Shown here: one piece after another, positions 38,200-50,849 of the stretch
How the letters are laid out: the number at the start of each line of letters is the position of its first letter
Numbering within the stretch: position 1 is the first letter of the stretch
NCBI GenBank assembly: GCA_008632985.1
Contig: QPGO01000035.1
Span: 49,899 to 113,898 of the forward strand
Length of the DNA stretch: 64,000 nucleotides
Direction of reading: 5' to 3'
Source of the DNA: Psammoneis japonica
Lineage: Eukaryota
Made by a program: the position numbers and the translations under genes
Notes under the pieces: model-generated
Databases searched by the model: none
Told to the model about the DNA's origin: nothing
Seen by the model: the letters and a program-made list of their open reading frames with translations, nothing else

Positions 38200-39438
38200 T
38201 CCGAACACGCTGAAAGATCCATCATCCATAACATCAAGCGGTTACGAGAAAAGCAGGTGACAAGGTTGTTAGAGACCCACCGTCACAACGAGAATTGAAT
38301 GGCTTGACAAAGGAGGCGCTCGAGAGCGATGGATTTTTAAGTCTGATTGGAACCGCCGATGATCAAGTCTTGTCGAGTTCCATGCAAGTGTCACTCGAGT
38401 TCACTGATGTCAATGGCGCAACACACAACAAGATAACGGCAACGCAGGGAGCGGAAGCGATCGACAATACCATGATTGCCGTTATAGCATCGGTCTGTGC
38501 CGTGGTGGTGTGTTTGGTCGTTTTGGGCTTTGCGTTCGTGTCCCCGCATGAAGCGACGAGGACTGCACCGACCCAAGGCCGCCACTCCACAGACTGTGAC
38601 TGCCGAAGGATTCTTCGAGCTTCCAAGTGATTTGGATGCCTCGTATCAAAACGGTGCCAGTGGCAGTGAAGTCGAATTCACGTATACATACGGAAAGGGT
38701 GATTCGTCTGTGTCGATTGGCGCCTCTAATACGGAGCCTCCATGGTGGGTCCTCCTAGTTTGGCATGGTCCTTTATGATTCCAGAGAGTGACTCTGATGT
38801 GGCCGAACACCAAACAAGCGAAAGGACTTTGCTGCCTTTGACTGTGACGATAATGGAGCGATCAAGACCACAATTATAATGAAGATACCGAAGAGTCGGA
38901 TTACGAGCCGTCTCCGTTTGTTTGTCGGAAGCTGTATTGTTCTAATAATTTGAACAGCGAAAAAGACTCTGCTCCTGATGAACGTGGCGCTATTAGCAAT
39001 GATAATGGATTCAACAAGGTCGGAATAATATCGGAGCTATCACAATCCGCTCAAGCCTTGAGACGCTGAGGTTACCCTGAGAACAAAGCAGCGCCTTGCG
39101 GAAGACACACTTCATTGGAAAGAGAAGTTCGGCATCGACGACAGTCCCATTCGGAGCACCCATGATTTGTATTCACCAAGCAAGTTGACTGTGTAAGATA
39201 ATGACATGTCTCAAAGTGAGAGTTGAATCATTCCAACAGGTATCATAGTTCTCCAAGTGAGATGAATGCATCTGGTGATCATCATTCGTCAAGTCAGTCG
39301 AATATATCTGGAGATCTTTGTTCCCCGAGTCAGTTGAATACACATGTTGAATATCAGAAGCCGAGTCATCAGGTGAATACATCTGGTGAGTCTCTTGCCC
39401 CGATCAAGTTGAACGCATTTGGTGATGAAGTTGTGTGA
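38200..39438 (+). pseudogene. Fragmented gene for a single-pass membrane protein, 5' end replaced by the copia LTR
   Basis: Hydrophobic TM segment IAVIASVCAVVVCLVVLGFAFV followed by acidic low-complexity fragments in shifting frames; ~13-aa repeats near 39250-39390. Confidence 0.35.
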
Positions 39439-39669
39439 ACAGAAGCTCGCATTAGTGGAACGGATTTCGAGGACTAAGCTAGCGAGACCTAGTATTTGTT
39501 GTGGGTACTGGCAATTGTCTAATGCATACGCCTGGACTCGTATTGCCTTCTTCTCTATATGCCCGGTGGACGCTGCTCAACAAGCTACCAGCTTTGTGGT
39601 CTAGAGAAGACGACGACAAGTGGACCGCAGCACGGCTTAGGGATATCGATGCGTCCTATTGTCAGACCT

Positions 39670-40242
39670 CATTTCCAGCGCCAAAGTTGAGAGGGAACCT
39701 GTCACAAGGCACATTTCAAGAATGTCGTCGAGCTCCATGAATGCGTCGTGTGAATCAGAAAAGGCGGTTGAAACGGAGTCATAGAGTCTACCATGCACAG
39801 TGGCCAATACCACCGATATTCAGCCTCATCGTGTCGGCATAGGAAAGAGTATCATTAACAAATACCTTGAATTGCCGCTCCTCCGCATTCAAGGTCTATC
39901 TACTCACTCTCTAAATGGATTGTGGAGCTCAGCATCGAAAAGAATAGTTTTCTAACCACATTTCCAGCGCCATAGTTGAGAGGGAACCTATCACGAGACG
40001 CCTTTCAAAAACGTCGTCGGGCTCCATGAATGCGTATTATCAATCAGAAAAGGAGGTTGCGACGAACTCTTCCAGGCACAGTGGCCAATCCCAACGATAT
40101 ATCCAGCCTCATTGTGTCGGCATCGGAAAGAGTGCCATTAACGAATATCTTGAATAGCCACTCCTCCGCATTTCAAGGTTTAACTACTAACTCTCGAAGA
40201 GGAGTGTAGAGCTCAGCATCGAAAAGAGGAGATTTCTAACCA
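39670..40242. repeat. Diverged tandem duplication, ~289-bp unit x2
   Basis: catttccagcgcca..gttgagagggaacc...gagctcagcatcgaaaaga..ttctaacca occurs at 39670 and 39959. Confidence 0.85.
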
Positions 40243-40559
40243 ACTTTGTTTTGGGCCAAGTGAGTCAGTTGGAAATCCTCTGCATCATGCTTGGGCTTTG
40301 CACCCCAGACCCCGACTATGGCAAGGAAATTAGCGGGCATCTGGTGATTGCCTTTCATGGTGGTGATGGCCAGCTTGCGATTCCTCAGTGGCGTGGAACG
40401 AATGCAGATGTCGAAGGTTTCGAGATTCGTTTCATAAGATTTTGAGCCATCCATTGCTGGCAGTGGTAAAGTATCAACATCCTCCATCTGCTACTACGCT
40501 ATGCTTCTAAGTTCTACAAGTGCCCTTTCGTGACACTAAACTCTTCGGCCGCTGAGTCG

Positions 40560-41460
40560 TTACCCAGAAACCAAGTCGATAACAACAGGACGTCCAAGCG
40601 GGAAAATGAGATCGGTGAGCTTGAGCATTTGCCCCTTGTCGTTGTCTGTCAGATACTCCAAGAGTCCTGCTGCTTTCAAATGGAACAGGGCTCCTCGGAA
40701 GGTACTGGCAGCGCAACCAACTTTGGCTGCCACCTCACTGCGGGTGTGCTTCTGGCCGTCAATCAGGATTTCAAGAATCTTGCATTCAAAGCCTGTAAGC
40801 TTCTCTTTGACTCGTTCCTGCAGTTCTGCCGTTGTTTTCTTGTCACCGCCGCTGCCGACCTTCTCGATCCCAGCTTGAGTGAGACTGGCGGGCGCACCTT
40901 TGGGGCAGACCACGAGGCCTTGCTTATTGAGATTCGCCAACGCGTTCCGGAAGGTAGAAGATTTGGACGAAGTCGTCCTTTTTATAGTGCTTGAAAAAGC
41001 ACAACCTGTTGCCGCGGTGGTGACTTTAAGCCGAGGTCGTGGAGCTCTTTCAACGTCACCAGAATCTGTTGCTCAAGAGTGATAGGGATTTGCGAAGGAG
41101 CTTTGTGCTTGGCTACACGGGTCTTCCGGACCGCTTTCGGTTTTGCCGAATGACTGTTGGCTCCACATGAAGTTGTACAGGAGAGGCCGCAGTGGCGGGA
41201 AGGGAAGCGGCCTTCTTTGCGATCATGGCAGAGATGAACACATATCCTTTCTCTTTGTTACTCTGGATAGCATACTCAAGGCCTGCGGTGTTCTCAAAAT
41301 CCACCCAGCGACTGGCATGCGTTTCTTCCAGGTGATACTTGAACGTGCAGCTGCACTCCTCAACAGCACCATCGAATGAGCTCATTTGAAATACATGGCT
41401 TACTAGCGCTTCATATGTCGGCTTCTGGAGATCTTGAACCGTGAATTCCTTGGTTGGCAT
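40560..41460 (-). CDS. Unknown protein with PB1-like N-terminal region and winged-helix-like C-terminal region (copy A; interrupted)
   Basis: ORFs 41113..41460 and 40560..40940 are homologous to 41859..42410 and 42515..42955. The domain labels are inferred from sequence pattern only. Confidence 0.5.
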
Positions 41461-42039
41461 GGATACGAAAGACGGGGTTCATGGTGATGCTTGATGGCAC
41501 ACTGGGAGAGCTGAAGTTGTGCCATCGGCAGGGACACAAAATGGTGTCCCGAGTCTTGTTGGCGACAGTATGAAATTTTCGCACAAGTTTTGTGGGAAGA
41601 AGCTAGACATGCACATACAACACTTATTGCCCACATCCACAAGTATACTGTCTAAATATAGACCATTCTTTTCCGTTGTCGTTGGAGCCCGCCGCCACCA
41701 GACATAGAAAGATACTTACACCGACTGTAGTGCATTTCTGCCACAGTTTGAGTTTAGCTCGCGCCTCATTCTATGTTTTATGGCGGCGGGCTCCAACGAC
41801 AACGGACAAGAATCGCCCACATTTTAGACACCATGCTTGAAGGTACGGGCAATGAACGTTGCATGTGAGTGTCTCGTTTCTTCCCTCGAAAACTTGTGCG
41901 AAATTTTCATTCTGTCGCCAACAAGACTCGGAGTGCCACTTTGTGTCTACTGTGAATAGACACATTTCAGCTCTCACGAGAACATCACCAAGCATCACCA
42001 TTAACCCTCTCTTTCGCATTCAAGTACGCTTTGAGAACG

Positions 42040-43010
42040 AGCCAGGCAAGCCAACCAAGGAATTCACGGTTCAAGATCTCCAAGAGCCGACGTATGAAGC
42101 GCTGGTCAGTTATGCATTTCAAATGAGCTCATTTGATGGTGCTGTTGAGGGATTCAGCTTCTCATTCAAGTATCACTTGGATGAAAAGCATGCTAGTCGC
42201 TGGGTGGACTTCGACAGCACAGAAGGGCTTGGGTATGCTATCCAGAGCAATCAAGTGAGAGGATACGTGTTCGTCTCCGCCTTGATCTCAATGAAAGCTG
42301 CTACCCTCCCCAGCAACGCTGTCCCTTCTGCGCAAGTCCGCGAAGAATTGAAACCAAAAGAAGAAACGAAGACCCACGTCGCTACGCCACTCCTGCAAAA
42401 CTCCATGTAGCAGCCAGCCGTAACTCATCGAAGCCAAAAGCGGTCCGGAAGACCCACGTAGCTAAACACAAAGTTCCTGGGCAAGCCTCCGTCCCTCTCG
42501 AGGAACATCTGCTGGTGACGTTGAAAGAGCTGCATGAATTCGGCTTAAAGTCACCGCTACGGCAGCAGGTTGTGCTTTTCACGAGCGCTCTAAAATTGAC
42601 GGCTACTTCCAAGTCTTCCACCGTCAAAAACACATTGTCAAAACTCAAAACGCAAGGACTCGTGGACTACCCCAACAAAAACACAGTCAGTCTAACTCAA
42701 GCTGGGATCGAGAAGGTTGTTACAGGTGCTGCTAAGGTAACAACCAAAGCACTCCAGGAACGAGTCGTAAACAAGCTTGGAGGCTTGGCACTCAAGATTC
42801 TCAACGTCCTTTTTGACCGCCGCGTGCACACCCGTAGTGAGGTGGCGGCCCAAGTCGGTGACGCCAGCGAAAAAGAGAGTACCTTCAAAAACGCTAGGCC
42901 CTATGTCCAAGTTGAAGACATCAGGCCTGCTAGAGTATTTACCGGTAAAAGGTAGAAAAGTCTCTCAAGATCACCGATCTCATATTCCCGGTGGGGAGTC
43001 CTGTTCCTGA
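42040..43010 (+). CDS. Paralog of copy A in inverted orientation (copy B; frameshifted)
   Basis: Shared PTKEFTVQDLQ.PTYEALVS..FQMSSFDGAVE, RWVDF, SLTQAGIEKV and HTRSEVAA.VG. Confidence 0.5.
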
Positions 43011-43260
43011 AACCTCGGCTCTTGATACGGTCGAAGTCAAAGAAGAACCGAACAACTCGGCTCCTGATACGGTCAAAGTCAAAGAAGAAGAGCAATTTTA
43101 AGACGTAGAATCGCAAGAGTAGCCCTAGTAACAGAATGATGACATTGATCCTCTGTCAGTACTACTCACGCTTCAGTGCTCCTTTGGAGCATCACCATTA
43201 TGTTTTCACGCTTCCGTTAGTGACACTCTACTAGCGTAACGGATCTCCAACCGTTCAATC

Positions 43261-43458
43261 TCAGTATTCGTTCCGCGCCACTGACGTGTGCAAGCCCATG
43301 ACGGCGATTATACTACCAATTTGGTCGAGACTATCAAACCCCTTGGCCATATTATAGAGGTCACGTTCCGCCACCATTGCGGTATACAGCCGAGGCGCCA
43401 ACAATTTAAACTCGTGCATTTGCGATTCAATAATCTCCCTGGCCTTACTGCGCTCCAC
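43261..43458 (-). pseudogene. TraB-domain-like C-terminal fragment
   Basis: PRLYTAMVAERDLY.MA...IIAVMG.H resembles the TraB/PrgY ERD..MA..VVAVVG.GH motif; short and isolated. Confidence 0.4.
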
Positions 43459-44749
43459 TTTTGGTTTTCATTCCTCATCTCGCCACTACTTACCACATTG
43501 TGAGCCACACTGAAGAATCGAAGTTCTGGGAAGAACGCAACGAAGAGAAAGAAACGGAGACAATAATGCATGAAAATAACGAGGAATCGAAGACACCAGC
43601 TGTGGTGGACCTAGCCCTTTCGACGTCGTCAGCTCCTTGGACTGATTGGCGTCCTTACGGTACCTGCAGATCGTTTTACATTCTCTTCCTCTCCACTCTG
43701 TGTAGTTGTCGAGTTTGCGCAAACAATTGAGTGAAGCTGATACCGATTTTTGCTCAACTTTGTGACCGTAGTTGTAGAAAGCAAGAAGTGTTGGAAATCG
43801 CTCTCCAGATGTTACATATCACCAGAAGAAGTGATTTTGTAAAGGTTGACTCTCGAGTCCTTGAAACTAGACTACATGGCGACTTTCCGTCAGTGAGAGT
43901 GCGTCTAACAAAAATTAATCACTCTAGATTCCTTCGTTTCCGAGCTTACCTTGGTGATGAGTTTCTTGGTCCTCCTAATACAGTCGCAGTTACCAATATT
44001 CCAGATGCCGATAATTCATCATCTATACATTTCCTCAAACCAAAAAAACTCTGAATACTCTTTTCTTTGGGCGCTTCAAAAAATAACATTTCTGTGGTTG
44101 CAGCATCATTTCCTTTAGAACCATGAATAACGAATACTCTTGACGCCAAACCATGTTGCTGTCCTTGCCGAAAGGGTACGTGACGTTGATGAGAGCTAAT
44201 GACGAGAAATATGATGTACTACAGCACGTCTTGTTTGCGAAAGCAAAACAACTATAGACACAGCCCACGAAATCGAACAAACATTTCCATACGGTAGCAC
44301 GAAACGAGTCCAACGTCTGTGGACAGTAAAGAGGCGTAAAGATCAATGAGACTAGATCGGGAAACGTTGACGACAAGTGTCTGACTTGCCGTACTGCTGG
44401 CGTCTTTCTTCATTGTGAGCCTCTCATGCCACATACCGTACCGTCCTCGACGCTCGATGGTAGCTATCGTATCTCGGCTATTTTCTTCAAAAGTTGGCAT
44501 TGGCCTCTGGTACAAATTCCACGTACATTTCTACACACGTCCTCGCGAATTCTGCGCGTTGACTTGCTTCACACGGTGCTTTCCATCCACAGGAGAAGCT
44601 GTTATCTTCCGTGCCTCCTTCTGCTGTTCCCTTCAGTTCTCAACAGGCTCTTTATCTCTGTACCTAGTTTTAAAGGAGGATCACTTCTGCAAAAAATCGA
44701 CGCCATCGCGATCGACCATGACCCATGACGGAGATTTGTGATGGCAACC

Positions 44750-46500
44750 ACATTCCACGTGGGGAAATGGTTCCCAAGAAAAAATGCATTGAGAACGATG
44801 GCTTTTGCCTCTCAGCCAACTGGCCAGCAGACTGTGTGCGGGTGCTGCTTCATTCTGTCAGTTGCCAGTTTCATGCCAAGCAAGTGTGGAACCACTGCAT
44901 GAGTGGTTCAGGTGGACCCAGTTTGAAGTTCAGAAGACAGCACCAGCACAACTTTGCTGCCCAACCCCACCACCACGGGCGCCACCACATGCGGTCACAA
45001 AGCACCCGTTTTTTTCTGTCCTCAAGAGCCAGGCCTGACATCCAGATCATGGTGTCCTTCCTGTGTGCATTGGGGGGTGGCAAACCCTGATGAAGGTGGC
45101 TGGAAGAAATGCTGGCAGCAGCAGATCCAACAGAGTGCAAGGCTTGCAACAGGTGAGAAGATCTTTGGGTGTGCCCCCTTGTCACAGACACTGGTGCCCT
45201 GGCTGTGGCGCAGACAGAGCACCACAACCTGAGGCTTGTTGCGGCGCAGCTCCCCTGCAAATGCTCAGCTGGACACAGCCAGAGAGGGCTCCTCTGTCAT
45301 GCACCAAAGCCCATCAGCACAGGGGCAAGAGCTGCTCCAAGCAAGAGCACAAGGAACAGCATTTCCTGGGCCAGGGTCCTGCTCAGGGGCGGGGGCTTTG
45401 ACACAAAAGACACACGACATGTCTCTGCAAGCAAGGAGACATTGGTGTGTGGAGACAACCGGGGTCATCCCAGACTGTGATGCCAAAGAGGATGCATTGA
45501 CTTAGTGGACTTCAGGGCAGGACTGCTGAGGCAGGAGCTCAAGTGGGATGGCCAAGGGGCTGGGCCATCCAAGCCCTGCATGCAGCTGGGAAGTTGGCAC
45601 ACAAAATCTGTCAGGACAAGGAGCGGTCAATGGGAGGAAGAACCTCAACAGGGTGTTTGTCTTGATCTTTGGGCAGTGCTCCCAGCTTTTGCAGAATGAA
45701 GCCAAGGTCCACAAAGGCTGGGATGGCATTGACTTGATGGCAGATGTGATGCTTGGCCAGCTTGAATTGGCCCAAACCTGCCGCACAATGCAAAGGCAGA
45801 TGCAGTTCAGCCCTTCTCATCAGACCGCTGTTGATGCTGAGCTTGTGCCGCCAACACCATTTCATCAACCCATCACATGTCCATTGCAGAGGCTGCTGTG
45901 ACAAGGCCAGGGATTTGATGGGCATCACTGGGTGCATGAGACTCTGGTCAGATTGGAGCCCGCCCCCTGAGAGGGTGCAAAGAACAATGCCACAGGAGAT
46001 GGCAGCAGGCACCATGGCAAGGAACAAGTGCACTGGCACCCCATTTCTGTTTGAGGACAGCAAGAACCAAAGATGACTTGTGGGAGTCTGGCCACAGATG
46101 TCAAGAACAGGTGCGAAACAAGTGCACAGGGCTGATGAACAACCTGCCAAAGTTGCTTGGGGTGGCATGTGGAGGCTGTGTCATGAGCTGTGTTCCACCC
46201 AAGTGCCGCTTGGATGGGCACCAGACAAGACCAAGCTGACTTTTGCAGAGGGTGCTGAAAGAAGGTGTTGCCAGTCCCAGGCTGTTGTTGCCACCTGCAA
46301 CAAACCAAGCCTCAACAAGCAGTCAAGGAGCTGCCAGAAGATCTCATCCTCCCAGATGGCTGCTTTGCAGCATGTCTCATGAGTGACAAAAAGCTGCTCA
46401 GTGGAGTGCACAAGGCTGCACACAAGATGAGGGTGTGATGCAACAATGCTGTGGCCCAAGCCACCAACAACCCATGCAGGTGGCACCACAACTTCCCAGA
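44750..46500 (+). mobile_element. Degenerate copia relics (RT/RNaseH fragment followed by a gag-like fragment)
   Basis: RARPDIQIMVSFLC (copia RPDI..V.FLC) near 45025-45070; VFVLIFGQCSQLLQ (diatom copia gag GQC motif) near 45655; TA/CG depleted. Confidence 0.55.
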
Positions 46501-47069
46501 ACCAGCAGCACAGCATCAACAACACAACATTGCCAATGTTTTGTCATTGAACATGCCACAATCACACAGCAGGAGGGTTGCCTTCAACAATGGTCACAAG
46601 AGTGCACGCAAAACCCACATGCCTCTTTGAAGTTTGAAGAACAAGGCACAACTCTGCAGAGGACCAGCCGCTGTTGGCAAATCAAGTCATGAGCCTGGCC
46701 CAACAATGTGCAAAGAGGGCTGCACAGATGCTGTCCTCATTGTGCAAACTGCACAGAACATCATGATGCACTCACCTGACAAAGCTTTTTCAACAAAGTG
46801 GCAGAAAGGAGGAGCAAGCCTCTCCAACCAACCACACCACAGCATCACAAATGCATGATTTGGAGCCCAGCTTGTGGTCTCTGGCTTCTGTGCGCAAATC
46901 GCACCCACCAGCACCTGAAAAGCCACCTCACCTGTTTTGTTCCAAGCCTCGTGGAAGGTTTCTTCTTTGCTTGGTTTCATCATCATGATGCTGGTGGAGC
47001 TCTGTGAATGTGAGTTGGGCCTTGGCCCTGCCAACCACAAAACAAAGCCATGCTGGAATGCATGCACAG

Positions 47070-48544
47070 CAGGGACACAAATGTCCAGTCAGACGGGATG
47101 TGACATGCCCATGTGGCGGCTGCAGGGATCTTGTGCCCTTTGCATTGATTTTTTTAAGGTTTGTCCAACATGCACACACATGCAAAAATCAAATGTTAAA
47201 AATTGACATGGGCAATCCCTTTGACAGGCCAAAAGTGAGGGAAAACAAAAAATCAAACACCGCGCAAATGGCACACTTGGATTGGGGCTGCCAAACGTTC
47301 AGCCAAAAGTGCTCTGGCACCAGCAGTTGATTCCAAGAAGCCGCGGGATGACAAAGACAAAGGTGATGAGAAAGGTGCACCCAACCCAGTGTGGAGCTGC
47401 ACAGCTCACGAGTGCAAAGCAGCTTGAAACAACCTCTGGCATGGCAAGAAGGACAAGAAACAGCAGAGCCCACAACATTGGAATTACACTTTGTTCTTTT
47501 TCCTGTGCAAGAGCAAATTTGAATCTTCACAATGGACCCAAGTTCATGCTGGTGCTGCACTCCAATCAGTCTGATGTCGAGGTCTCTTCTCCAGCATTTG
47601 AGGGCTCCGCATTTGGAAAGACATGACTGCACGGAAGATCGCTTCTTCAACAAAGGGCGACTTGCTTTGGTGAAGAAATGGAGTTGAAATTTAGAACTGC
47701 ATTGGATGGGGTGCTGCAACAAAGAGATGCCAGACACGAAACATGCAAAGAACCTTGCCAATGTAAGTGCCAGCAGACAGATGCTGCCACTCGCCACAGA
47801 CACGGGAAACCAAGCCTGAGGAGAAGAAACAGAGCTAAAAAATTAGAAGTGCATTGCATGGGGTGTGGCAACAAATGAAAGAGACACCAGAGATGCACCC
47901 TCTTGCTTTAGTGCCGGTGCATGTCATGCATGCCACTCCTGTGATGGATGCTGAAAGTCGCTCGGACAGCTTTTTCACGACGCGGCATTTCTGAAGGAAC
48001 CAAATTGCGTTGTCGATTCAGTCGCTTTCACATGAGTTTCTTGCGCATGAGTTTCAATGAGCCACTGAAAAGAAAAAAAGGAGGACGATTGCAATGAGGG
48101 GCATGGCAAAATTTGACGCATCCAACACAATGAAATGCAGCAACACGACGAGAGGCGTTCAGCAAATGCTCGCACACCACAAGAAGCAACAAATTGGAGC
48201 AGCAAGAGGAGCACAATTGCATTTTCAAAATGCATTCACTCATGATGAGCCAACAGAGAAGTGAGTGCATCCGCGTGTGACCACGAGGGAGAGCAACAGC
48301 GGAATCACGAAGGAGAAAACAGCAGAACGAAGGCATGTGGCATCATGTCGGTGTGAGGTGTGAGGTGTGTGTGCATTTCAGTTTCCCTCACTTTTGGCCC
48401 ATCCAAGGGATTGCCTGTGTCAATTTTTAACATTGTGTGTTTGTTTGTACACCAACATGTGGACAAACCTCAAAATCAACACGAAGGGCCCATTTTTTTT
48501 GTGCTGCGTGTCACATCCCGTCTGACTGGACATTTGTGTCCCTG
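47070..48544. mobile_element. Non-autonomous TIR DNA transposon, ~1.47 kb, with ~175-bp imperfect terminal inverted repeats
   Basis: cagggacacaaatgtccagtcagacgggatgtgaca at 47070 is the reverse complement of the sequence ending at 48544. Similarity continues to aatgttaaaaattgaca..ggcaatccctt..ggccaaaagtgagggaaa. Confidence 0.85.
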
Positions 48545-50172
48545 ATGCACAGAAGCTCTTTTCATGATTGAAGAACAATGAACAACACCAATGTCAGAAC
48601 AAGGGGAAGTCTGTGAAACGTGAGCAGACAACCATTTGCAGTGCAGATTTGGACCAAAAAGTCTTGGACAAAATGCTGGCTTTGTGTTTCCCCACATCTC
48701 TCTCTCAAAAATTTTAAGTTGCGGTCTTGTCGGCAACAGGAGCTGCACTTGTGCAGCAGGATGTCTTCATGCAACAACCACAATTCTTTGAAGGGAGGTT
48801 GAGCCTCAACAAGTCTCTCTCTTTTTGCACTTCCAAATCACACAGGACAGAAACTGCAGAATTTTGAGTTTTGCTTGTGTGGGCATGTTGATCTAAAGCA
48901 GAGCTTGAAGCTCATTGTGTCACACCATGAGTTGGATGTGCGTGGCTTCATTTCTCAATGGCAGCTTGCAACAATGCTTTCAAAGGACCAAAACATGCCA
49001 ATCTGTGCCAGTTTGTTCAGTTTGACAAGACCGTGTCTTTCCTTTTTGCTGATGAATTTTTGGCGTGGACATCAGATGTCTCAAACAGCACAACGCCAGC
49101 TTCACAGTTGTGTGTGAATGAGAAGTTGTTGACCCAAATCATGTCCTCCCATGGGGTCAAAATGGCAACCCCACCATGGTCCAGGGTCACTCCCCCTGCA
49201 GGCCTGCCCATCTCTTCATCAGTCACATCAGCAACCTTCACATTGTCAACCCAGATTTCAGTGTGATTTCCCGCCACAACAATCTGGACAAAGCTCCCCG
49301 CCTCTCCATCAAGATCCTTGCATTCATGATTTTCTGCATGCAGTGCAAAGCCTTCCCAGAAAGCATTCCCCCAGCCACTGCCAAGATCATTGAACCAGTT
49401 GCAAGTTTTGGCACTTTTTGCTGATGGTGAGATTGTGCCCCGCTGAAGCCATGTTTGCTCCAGCCCTCTTTTGCATCAGTGACATGGAACCTGATTGAAA
49501 CAAACTTTGCTTCATGTTTCTGGGGAAGTCCAAATGGGTTGAATGAGTCATTGATGCCAGTCATCCCAACTCTGAAGCCAACACAGCAATCCTTCTGCTG
49601 TTTGCTGCCAATGTTTGTCACAAGCCAAGGCCCTTCACCACTGCAGCCATGGCTGCAATTAAATCCCGGCTGTTTTTTGGCAGAGATGCAAGCCAATCAC
49701 CTTGAATCTCAAAAGCTGTCCTCCAAGGATGTCACTGGATGTCACCAAAACAGTGTCAGTGTGGCCATGACCAATGACTCAAAACTTGTGAACACAGCTG
49801 AATTTTGCATCAAGTGCTCCCAGTGTCAACTCAAGCTTCATCAACTGAAGGTTGATTTGTGCTTTTGCTTTGTTTGTTGTGTTGCCCTTCTTTGCAATTG
49901 CCGCCATTGCACTCTCACTTTCTGACTCTTTCCTTGTGCAAAACAACATTCATCACTTCTGATGGAGGAACCACTTCCACAGTTGAATTTCCTGTGAGAA
50001 GTGAGCCATCAACAAGACTGGGCTTCACTTTGCACTTCTCCTTGGCCCAGGCTCCCCCAATCAGAAGGTTGGATGCCACAACAGTGACCAAAGCAATCAA
50101 AAAAACTCCTCATCTGTGTTCCTTTCATTGGATGCAGACTCTGTGAAATTTGTGTTGTGTGACTTCCTCCAG

Positions 50173-50198
50173 TGTTGTTGTTGTCATTGTCATTGTCG

Positions 50199-50245
<47 letters not shown>
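50173..50245. repeat. (TGT)n microsatellite
   Basis: About 24 tgt/tca triplets. Confidence 0.9.
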
Positions 50246-50246
<1 letters not shown>

Positions 50247-50849
50247 GCATGTCAAACCTCAAAAGGTTTCTCTGCAGTGTCCATTGGGGCTTCTCATTTT
50301 TTTCTTGGAGCCAATGAGTAAATTCCAGTGGAGCGGTTGGTTGGGTGCAGATCAGATTTGTGCGTGCATGGATCAAGTTGTGCAAACTGAGACCAACCAT
50401 GCAGCAAGGGCAAGGATGCTGTGGCAGGAGGAGCCACAGCTCCATGTCATCATTCATTGCTTTGTCAGAGCTGTTGTGAACAGCCAAGCATCTGATCACA
50501 ATGACTTTGAAATGGCGTGAAGAGAGATTGGAGTGTGGCGCGTGCAACCTTTTGTTGTTGCACAAAGCCACTTGGGTGTCAGCAGCAGAAAGAGCACTGG
50601 GTTCTGCACATGTGCATGGCAGCACCACACCAATCCAAAAAACAACAAATCATCTAAAAGAGTCACTGAGGTTGAGCCAGTGTCACACTTCTGGGCCCTT
50701 TTGTTTGCAACATGTGCGTTGGGTGTTGAGTGGTGCAGTGCAGGGTAGAGGGCAGCACGCCCAAGCATGTGCTTGCTTCAAACAAAACAGAGTGGGGATG
50801 GCCTGCCAGCGCTGGTTGACTGCATGGAGGGGCCCATTGCAATGGCATC

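Noticed and set aside
43014..43090. 42-bp tandem duplication
   Set aside because: Two copies only and no further structure; minor local slippage.
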